From the NCBI GenBank assembly GCA_964611295.1, contig CAZSWV010000003.1, positions 6,449 through 70,448 of the forward strand: a stretch of DNA of 64,000 nucleotides, given 5' to 3'. This stretch comes from an uncultured Thermodesulfobacteriota bacterium. GTDB taxonomy: Bacteria > Desulfobacterota > B13-G15. A model generated the notes under the pieces. That model searched no databases, was not told the DNA's origin, and was given only the letters and a program-made list of their open reading frames with translations. Position numbers and translations under genes: made by a program. Shown here piece by piece: positions 58,401 through 64,000 of the stretch (its first letter is position 1; each line of letters starts with the position of its first letter).

Positions 58401-59707
58401 GGCTTGAGGCCTTTATGGACAGCCTTAAGAACGCCAAACCCAAAGGTTCGGTCTTCCAAAGACGTGGTAGGATAGGGGGTGACCCAGAAAGGGTCATATA
58501 CATACCTTATATGTGCGACCATGCCTTTGCCTTTAAGGCAGCCTTTGAGGCCTGTGGGGTGAAGGCCGAGGTCTTCCCTGAATCTGACCAAGAGACCCTC
58601 TTCTGGGGAAGGAAATACACTTCGGGGAAGGAGTGCCTGCCTTGTGTCTTGACCACTGGTGACATGGTGCGCATTGTGAAAAGCCCAGGGTTTGACCCAA
58701 AGAAAGCGGCCTTTTTCATGCCTTCGGGAAACGGTCCGTGCCGATTCGGCCAATACCATCGCTTTCATAGGAAGGTCCTGGACGAACTGGGCTTTGAGGA
58801 CGTCCCTATCTATTCACCCAATCAGGACGAAACCCTTTACAGGGACCTTGGCATCTTGGGGTCTAAGTTCTCCAGGCTCGGCTGGTGGGCCATAGTGGGG
58901 GTAGATTTACTGCAGAAGAAGCTTCTAGAGACCCGTCCCTATGAGGTGAACCCCGGTGAGGCCGAAAGGACCTATTGGGAGTGTTTGAATGGGTTCTGTG
59001 AGCTCTTACGAAGGGACCCTGACATAGAGGAGGTGGTTCAATACCTCATCTCCTGCAGGAACCGCATGGACGCTATCCCTCTAAAGGACAAAGGGAGCAA
59101 ACCCAAAATAGGGGTAGTTGGGGAGATTTACATTCGGCTTAACCGTTTTGGGAACGAAGACGTCATAAAGAAGATAGAGCAGCTCGGGGGTGAAGCGAGG
59201 CTTGCCCCGTTAACTGAATGGGTGCATTACATAAACAAAATGGCCAAGCGAAGGGCTTCAAAGAGAAAGCACTGGAAAAACCTAATGGGTATCCTCATAA
59301 GGGAGTTTTACCAACACAAGGACGAGAGGAAACTTGCCGAGGCCTTCTATGGTTCTATAGAAGAGCCGCTTGAACCACCGACAGAGTGGATCCTTAACTT
59401 GGCAAGTCCCTATGTCCATGATTCCTTTGAAGGCGAGGCCATTCTAACCATCGGTAAGACCATCGATTACGCCTTGAAGGGGGCCTCGGGGGTAGTTAAC
59501 GTCATGCCCTTCACTTGTATGCCTGGAACCATTACTACGGCTATCTTGAAGCGATACAAGGAGCTAAACGGCAATTTCCCTGTTCTCAACATCTCTTATG
59601 ATGGGCAAGAACAGGGAGACGTCTTGACGCGCCTTGAGGCCTTTATGTATCAAGTGAGGCAGTACCAAGAAAGGCTTAAAGAAAAAGGGCTTCAAGGGGA
59701 ACCATAG
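55496..59707 (+). CDS. giant fusion protein: two tandem BadF/BadG/BcrA/BcrD-type ATPase (acyl-CoA dehydratase activase HgdC-like) domains plus DUF2229/HgdB-like C-terminal domains
   Basis: 1403 aa. FIGVDIGSVSANTVV and YLGIDVGSISTNLVV are sugar-kinase/actin-fold ATPase N-termini. Each domain carries a conserved Cys pair for a bridging 4Fe-4S (NTLCAAGTGSF; NKVCAAGTGSF). A CKGCPNMC linker follows. C-terminal half resembles the dehydratase D-component. Confidence 0.8.
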   Translation: MGRFFIGVDIGSVSANTVVMDEALEVLEEHYDRIKGRPLEVVKGRLEEILSRIPLEEISGLAFTGKGSKLLAEILEAPFYNEVIAQTKAVERFYPEARTIIDIGGQDSKFILLEQEGGKLRIKDFGMNTLCAAGTGSFLDQQASRLGLTIEEFSLLALKSKNPPRIAGRCSVFAKSDMIHLQQIATPDYDIVAGLCYALARNFKSNIARGAELRPVVVFQGGVAANLGMRKALKEVLELEDHEFLVPTHFASMGAIGAVLLALEEGAMRGLGGLKPLETFLSSYKQEYSSWEPLSLSESHLKPKAHVWVSKPEVGKKIPAYLGIDVGSISTNLVVIDEQGRVLAKRYLMTAGRPLEAVRQGLKEIGEEIGHLVEIKGVGTTGSGRYLTGDFVGADVVRNEITAQATAAIHIDPEVDTIFEIGGQDSKYISIDRGVIVDFEMNKVCAAGTGSFLEEQAERLGLDVKSNFQELALKAPAPVKMGDRCTVFIESDLIHHQQRGARLDDLVAGLCYSIVLNYLNKVVGDRRIGQKIFFQGGTAFNKGVVAAFEKVLGRPITVPPHHEVTGAIGAALLAMKERTWEKSNFKGFDLSNRRYEINTFECKGCPNMCLIRKVTIEGERDPLYYGSRCEKYDVLRRRKKSEIPDLFRERERLLLAPYPGEDRLPEEAPQVGIPRCLAFMELLPFFKAFFTELGFKVVLSDRTNKELIRQGVEAVVAETCFPVKVGHGHVLNLLQKGLKRIFVPSIVGMPKFHPDMEHSQNCPYVQSFPYVIRSAIPFEDYGVELLSPVVPFGWGEKEVEEALIEFGCSLGKSPSEVRWALRCAWDFYQRFLKACKAKGREVLEELKGWERAMVIVGRPYNTCDPEVSLEIPKKLREMGVLAIPMDFLPLEEKANREGVKEMYWRYGQRILACAHFIREDKRLYPIYISNFGCGPDSFIIHFFREIMGDKPALILEIDEHSADAGIITRLEAFMDSLKNAKPKGSVFQRRGRIGGDPERVIYIPYMCDHAFAFKAAFEACGVKAEVFPESDQETLFWGRKYTSGKECLPCVLTTGDMVRIVKSPGFDPKKAAFFMPSGNGPCRFGQYHRFHRKVLDELGFEDVPIYSPNQDETLYRDLGILGSKFSRLGWWAIVGVDLLQKKLLETRPYEVNPGEAERTYWECLNGFCELLRRDPDIEEVVQYLISCRNRMDAIPLKDKGSKPKIGVVGEIYIRLNRFGNEDVIKKIEQLGGEARLAPLTEWVHYINKMAKRRASKRKHWKNLMGILIREFYQHKDERKLAEAFYGSIEEPLEPPTEWILNLASPYVHDSFEGEAILTIGKTIDYALKGASGVVNVMPFTCMPGTITTAILKRYKELNGNFPVLNISYDGQEQGDVLTRLEAFMYQVRQYQERLKEKGLQGEP

Positions 59708-60477
59708 CTCTTTACGGGGTTCCTTAAGGTACCTATCCCTTCGATCCGTATTTCTACTACGTCGCCTTCCTTAAGGGGACCTATGCCTGAAGGGGTGCCT
59801 GTTGCGATGACATCTCCAGGCATAAGGGTCATCACCTTTGATACGAAACACAGCAGCTCAAGGGGGCTAAAGACCATCTTCGAGGTACGGCTCGATTGTT
59901 TAAGTTGGCCGTTTACCAGGGTTTCTATCTTCAGGTCCGATGGGTCTATATCGGTGACTATCCATGGTCCTAAAGGGGCAAAGGTGTCAAATCCTTTTGC
60001 CCTTGTCCATTGGCCATCGCGTAGCTGGAGGTCTCGGGCTGTAACGTCGTTGAAACAACAATATCCAAGTACGTATTTGTGGGCTTCTTCTAAACGCACA
60101 TCTCTACAGGGCTTAGCCACCACTAGGGCAAGTTCTCCCTCGTAATCTACCCTTTGAGAATCGGGGGGTAGGAATATAGGTTCATCAGGCCCTATGACGG
60201 CCGAAGGGGGTTTAAGGAATATCACTGGTTCTTTGGGCACCTCTAGTCCTACCTCCTCGGCATGATCCTTGTAGTTCAACCCCACCCCAACTACCTTAGT
60301 GGGTAGGACCGGAGGGAGAAGTTTTACCTCGGATAGTTCGGTTTTGACCCTCAGAGGCCTCATCCCTTTAAATGGATCCCCTTCCTGGAGTTCTATAACT
60401 CCACCTTCAATGACCCCAAAGCAACATCTCCCGTTTCTCAAATAGACCCTGACTATCTTCAACCTCTTCTCCTCCAA
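59692..60477 (-). CDS. fumarylacetoacetate hydrolase (FAH) family protein
   Basis: VGVGLNYKDHAEE, GELALVV, GDVIATGTPSGIG. Confidence 0.8.
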   Translation of the reverse strand: MEEKRLKIVRVYLRNGRCCFGVIEGGVIELQEGDPFKGMRPLRVKTELSEVKLLPPVLPTKVVGVGLNYKDHAEEVGLEVPKEPVIFLKPPSAVIGPDEPIFLPPDSQRVDYEGELALVVAKPCRDVRLEEAHKYVLGYCCFNDVTARDLQLRDGQWTRAKGFDTFAPLGPWIVTDIDPSDLKIETLVNGQLKQSSRTSKMVFSPLELLCFVSKVMTLMPGDVIATGTPSGIGPLKEGDVVEIRIEGIGTLRNPVKSYGSP

Positions 60478-60563
60478 TAGTTTTTAAGGGCATGTTGCCA
60501 AGTTCTTGCTGAGTATTCTATAAAAAAGGCAACTTTTAAATACAGAACTAAGGGGGTTAAGCC

Positions 60564-61871
60564 TTGGCATCCCAAAGGCAGAAAGAAGCGGTGGAAAAGT
60601 GGATTTTGGCTGAAGACTTCATTTTTAAAGACAATCACGCAAAGAAAAGGTACCAAACATATTTGCAGAGGTTTGTCGACTCGGTCTTTTTGGAGAAACA
60701 ACCTGATAGGGTCCCTGTATTCATAACGGGTACCTTTCTTGTCCCGAACCTTTATGGCTTGAGTCCTTACGAGGCTATGTACGACTACGAGGCTGTGATC
60801 GAAGCCCACATCAGGTTTTTAAGGGATTTTGACCCGGACTATGCCCTTACCCCAACCACCATAGGATCAGGTAAGGTCCTTGAAATCATAGGTTTCAAAC
60901 AGTATAGATGGCCGGGCCATGGGGTTCCTTCGACTTCTGTCTACCAATACGTAGAAAGACCCTATATGGAAGACCACGAATACGAGATCCTTATCAATGA
61001 TCCCTCGGATTTTTGGTTGAGATGTTATCTCCCCAGGGTGTGTGAAGTTTTTGAACCCTTTGCCAAAATACCGCCCTTAACAGACCTATGGGAGATTATC
61101 AACTATACCCCCTTTTTTTCTGCCTTCGGTATAGATGAGGTCCAGAAGGCCTTAAACAAGCTTTCAGAAGCAGGAAAGGAGGCGAAGTCTTGGGTAGAGA
61201 AAGTCAAGTCCTTCTCTTTAGAAGCCAAAGCCTTAGGATATCCTGTGCTAGTTGGCGGGACCACGAAGGCGCCCTTCGATTTAATTGCTGACACGTTGAG
61301 GGGAACCAAAGGTGCTTTAATTGATATGTACAAGAGGCCAGACCTATTACAAAAAGCATTGGAGCGGCTTACTCCCATAGCCATTTTGCAAGGAATAAGA
61401 GGGGCAAGAGCTAGTGGTAATCCTGTGGTATTTATACCCCTTCATAAGGGCAGCGACGAATTTATGTCTGATAGGCAATTTAAGACGTTCTATTGGCCAA
61501 CCTTAAGGACCCTTATCGAGGGACTTGTGGAAGAAGGTTGCATACCTTACGTATTCGCGGAAGGCTCTTTTAACAGTCGTTTGGATTACCTTAAAGAACT
61601 GCCCAAAGCTTCCTGTTTTTGGAGGTTTGAGAGGACAGACATGGCAGAGGCCAAAAAGAAAGTGGGCGATTGGGTCTGTATTTCAGGTAACGTACCCCCT
61701 GCCATACTAATGCATGGCAGTCCCCAAGAAGTGAAGGATTATTGCAAAAGACTTATAGATACCTGCGCAGCTGGTGGTGGCTTTATTCTATCCCCCGCTT
61801 CAACTCTTGACGAAGCCAGGCCAGAAAACATAAAGGCTATGATTGAAATATGCAGGGAATATAAAGGTTAG
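60564..61871 (+). CDS. uroporphyrinogen decarboxylase (URO-D) family protein (MtaA/CmuA-like methyltransferase-type)
   Basis: TTG start with AAGGGGG RBS. C-terminal GGGFILSPASTLDEARPENIKAMIE matches the URO-D family C-terminus. At 435 aa it is longer than hemE. Confidence 0.5.
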   Translation: MASQRQKEAVEKWILAEDFIFKDNHAKKRYQTYLQRFVDSVFLEKQPDRVPVFITGTFLVPNLYGLSPYEAMYDYEAVIEAHIRFLRDFDPDYALTPTTIGSGKVLEIIGFKQYRWPGHGVPSTSVYQYVERPYMEDHEYEILINDPSDFWLRCYLPRVCEVFEPFAKIPPLTDLWEIINYTPFFSAFGIDEVQKALNKLSEAGKEAKSWVEKVKSFSLEAKALGYPVLVGGTTKAPFDLIADTLRGTKGALIDMYKRPDLLQKALERLTPIAILQGIRGARASGNPVVFIPLHKGSDEFMSDRQFKTFYWPTLRTLIEGLVEEGCIPYVFAEGSFNSRLDYLKELPKASCFWRFERTDMAEAKKKVGDWVCISGNVPPAILMHGSPQEVKDYCKRLIDTCAAGGGFILSPASTLDEARPENIKAMIEICREYKG

Positions 61872-61874
61872 CGT

Positions 61875-63182
61875 TCAATAGGTGATATAAGCTGGAAGAA
61901 ATGTTACGATGATTGGGAAAACAGTTATAATAACTGTCGCAATGATAAGGGCAACTACAAAAGGAATAATGCCTTTAAATATTTGCTCTATTGGAACATC
62001 CTGAACAATTCCTTTTACTACAAACACGTTAACACCTACAGGTGGTGTCAAAACGCCCATTTCTCCCAGTAGCACTATAATGACACCGAACCAAATTGGA
62101 TCAAATCCTAATTCTGTTACAAGAGGGTAAAATATAGGTACAGTTAATACTATCAAAGCCATTGAATCCATAAAAAACCCTCCGAAAAAGTAGGTGAGCA
62201 TTATGATCACCATCACAACTATAGAAGGGACATTGAGGGATTTCACAAATTCTATCAATTCAAAGGGAATCCTCGTAACCGCGATGAAGTAACCGAAAAG
62301 GGTAGCACCTACGATGATGAAGAACACCATACACGAAGTCCTTAGGCCTTCTCGACAGGCCCAAAGCAAGGCCTTTTTGTTCAATTTCCCTCTGGCTAAG
62401 CCTATCACTAACGCGCCAGCAGCCCCTACTGCTCCTGCTTGTGTCGGGCTAAACCATCCTAAGAAAAGACCTCCCAATGCCAATGCAAACAATATTGCTA
62501 CTTCTGTAACGTTGACAAGGACCTTTACCTTTTCCTTAAAGGTAAAGTTCTTCCCCCTAGGTGCTACTTCAGGTCGTTTCAAACACGTTAAGTAAACCGT
62601 CAAAGCAAAAAGCAAACTCACCAAAATCCCTGGTAGGATCCCTGCCACGAAAAGTTTGCCAATAGATTGTTCCGTTAATATCCCATAGATTATGAGCACT
62701 GTACTAGGGGGAATCAATATCCCCAATGTTCCACCTGCAGCAACTGTTCCACTTGCAAAAGAATCATCGTAACCGTACTTTCTCATCTCGGGTAAAGCAA
62801 TCTGCCCCATTGCTGCAGTTGTAGCTGTACTTGAACCACATATTGCGCCAAAACTAGCACATGCAAAAATCGTAGCTATGCCTAACCCACCTCGCCAGTG
62901 GCCTAACCACGTGTAAGCAGCCCTATAAAGTCTCTCACTTATACCTGAAGCCGATGCAAATGTACCCATTAACACGAACATTGGTATTACACTAAGGGGA
63001 TAGGAAGAAAGCTCTTCAAAAAAAACCCGAGATATCATCAGCAAAGCACCATCTAAGTTTGTCAACCAAATAAGCCCACAAAAGCCCACAACGCCCATCG
63101 CAAATGCAACAGGCATCCCTAAAAGAAATAACAATATCAGACAACATATCCCTATAACTCCTATATCTCCCGGACTCATCAA
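61875..63182 (-). CDS. dctM: TRAP transporter large permease subunit
   Basis: 435 aa, about 12 TM, DctM pattern. AT-rich coding. Confidence 0.8.
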   Translation of the reverse strand: MMSPGDIGVIGICCLILLFLLGMPVAFAMGVVGFCGLIWLTNLDGALLMISRVFFEELSSYPLSVIPMFVLMGTFASASGISERLYRAAYTWLGHWRGGLGIATIFACASFGAICGSSTATTAAMGQIALPEMRKYGYDDSFASGTVAAGGTLGILIPPSTVLIIYGILTEQSIGKLFVAGILPGILVSLLFALTVYLTCLKRPEVAPRGKNFTFKEKVKVLVNVTEVAILFALALGGLFLGWFSPTQAGAVGAAGALVIGLARGKLNKKALLWACREGLRTSCMVFFIIVGATLFGYFIAVTRIPFELIEFVKSLNVPSIVVMVIIMLTYFFGGFFMDSMALIVLTVPIFYPLVTELGFDPIWFGVIIVLLGEMGVLTPPVGVNVFVVKGIVQDVPIEQIFKGIIPFVVALIIATVIITVFPIIVTFLPAYITY

Positions 63183-63201
63183 AATACCCCTAATCCTTTG
63201 T

Positions 63202-63702
63202 TTATGTCTTACGTAATTCTTCCGAAATTCTTTCTAAATACTTTAAAACAAAAGGCAACAACCCAATAGATATAACCAAAGGGAAAGGGAACAAAGGAAT
63301 TTTGGCGGTAGCACTATGTTCTCCGCTTTTGTAAAAAGAATAACCTAATAGTGCCAACCGCCATATAGCTATAGAGGTAAAAGCTATGAGTACAAAATAC
63401 ACACAAAGGTTTATGACTTTTTGAGATTTTCTGGATAGTCTTCTTAAGAAGAACTCTACCGTAATATGTCTGCCCGCTAATAACGTAGCACCTGCAGACA
63501 ACGAAATAGCAACAACCTGAGATAACATTACAATATCTATTGCACCAAATAGCCTCCACTTTAAAAGTTTAGCTCCAACAATATCTACACATGTCACACA
63601 CATTATCACAAGGATAGCTACAGCTCCTATACTTTCAAGTTGGTGCGAAATATACTGCACAAACTTCCCCTCTTTTTCTCCTAAAGAACACAACCTCCGC
63701 AT
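63202..63702 (-). CDS. dctQ: TRAP transporter small permease subunit
   Basis: 166 aa, 4 TM, immediately upstream of dctM. Confidence 0.6.
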   Translation of the reverse strand: MRRLCSLGEKEGKFVQYISHQLESIGAVAILVIMCVTCVDIVGAKLLKWRLFGAIDIVMLSQVVAISLSAGATLLAGRHITVEFFLRRLSRKSQKVINLCVYFVLIAFTSIAIWRLALLGYSFYKSGEHSATAKIPLFPFPLVISIGLLPFVLKYLERISEELRKT

Positions 63703-63736
63703 TACAGAAAAACCTCTTTCTACTGCTCTGGACCTC

Positions 63737-64000
63737 TCATTTCACAACTACCAAGTTCTCTGGGAGGATTGCTTCTGGCCCTGCAGGAGAAGGTATGTGC
63801 AGTTCTATTTGCTGTTTAGTCCAGTAGTCAATTCGTTGTTTAATAAAATCTATCCATCCTCTTACTTCGCTTTCTTTGTAACCTTTTTCCACCATGCGTT
63901 TCACGTAACTTTCTATCACAGGCTGCACGGCTTCGACCCACCTTTTAGCTTCAGTGTCTGGTAGCCAATAAAATTGCACACCGCGTTCTCTAGCAAACTT
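63737..64000 (-). CDS. dctP: TRAP transporter solute-binding protein, C-terminal part (gene continues beyond window end)
   Basis: The open frame runs to the window edge. It sits upstream of dctQM in P-Q-M order. The C-terminal helices resemble the DctP family only weakly. Confidence 0.4.
   Translation of the reverse strand, partial: KFARERGVQFYWLPDTEAKRWVEAVQPVIESYVKRMVEKGYKESEVRGWIDFIKQRIDYWTKQQIELHIPSPAGPEAILPENLVVVK

Overview
This is a gene-dense, almost entirely protein-coding chromosomal window (about 65 genes, many 4-20 nt overlaps, very short intergenic regions). It appears to come from an anaerobic, probably thermophilic bacterium, judging by Lys/Glu/Arg-rich proteins, Rex, the hybrid cluster protein, and many Fe-S and molybdopterin enzymes. 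No CRISPR array, rRNA, integrase, transposase or phage genes were found. Read left to right, the window contains: trigger factor (3' part) with a tRNA-Arg/Lys/Leu operon; an OYE/FadH-like Fe-S flavoenzyme, YjbQ, acylphosphatase and Rex; a five-gene Liv-type branched-chain amino-acid ABC transporter; a CocE/NonD hydrolase plus an orphan TRAP binding protein; and a striking cluster of six redox proteins (Isf-like flavoprotein, NuoG-N-terminus/GltD-like multi-FeS NAD(P)H oxidoreductase, flavodoxin-ferredoxin fusion, fumarate-reductase-like flavoprotein, and a convergent cytoplasmic Mo/W-bisPGD enzyme with a four-cluster ferredoxin subunit). Next come an hbd-BKACE-SDR-cyclase operon with a convergent sigma-54/PAS regulator; a standalone EF-G paralog with birA and coaX; a Tat-exported IorAB-like molybdenum hydroxylase with a NitT/TauT-type ABC transporter; and housekeeping genes (hpt, nfi, dodecin, the pcm-nlpD-rpoS-like block, mutS). 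Then follows an HcpR-controlled hcp operon that also carries a small Cys protein, a MoeB/ThiF E1, a MOSC protein and a permease-HMA; then nadD/proA; a TIGR04076 protein divergent from a 1403-aa tandem-activase/DUF2229 fusion; and finally an FAH hydrolase, a URO-D-family protein and an AT-rich TRAP transporter block (dctPQM) whose composition shifts clearly from the rest of the window. The candidates I rate highest for a new biology are the redox cluster at 12.6-20.6 kb, the hcp-MOSC-E1 operon, the giant activase locus and the AT-rich 3' block.
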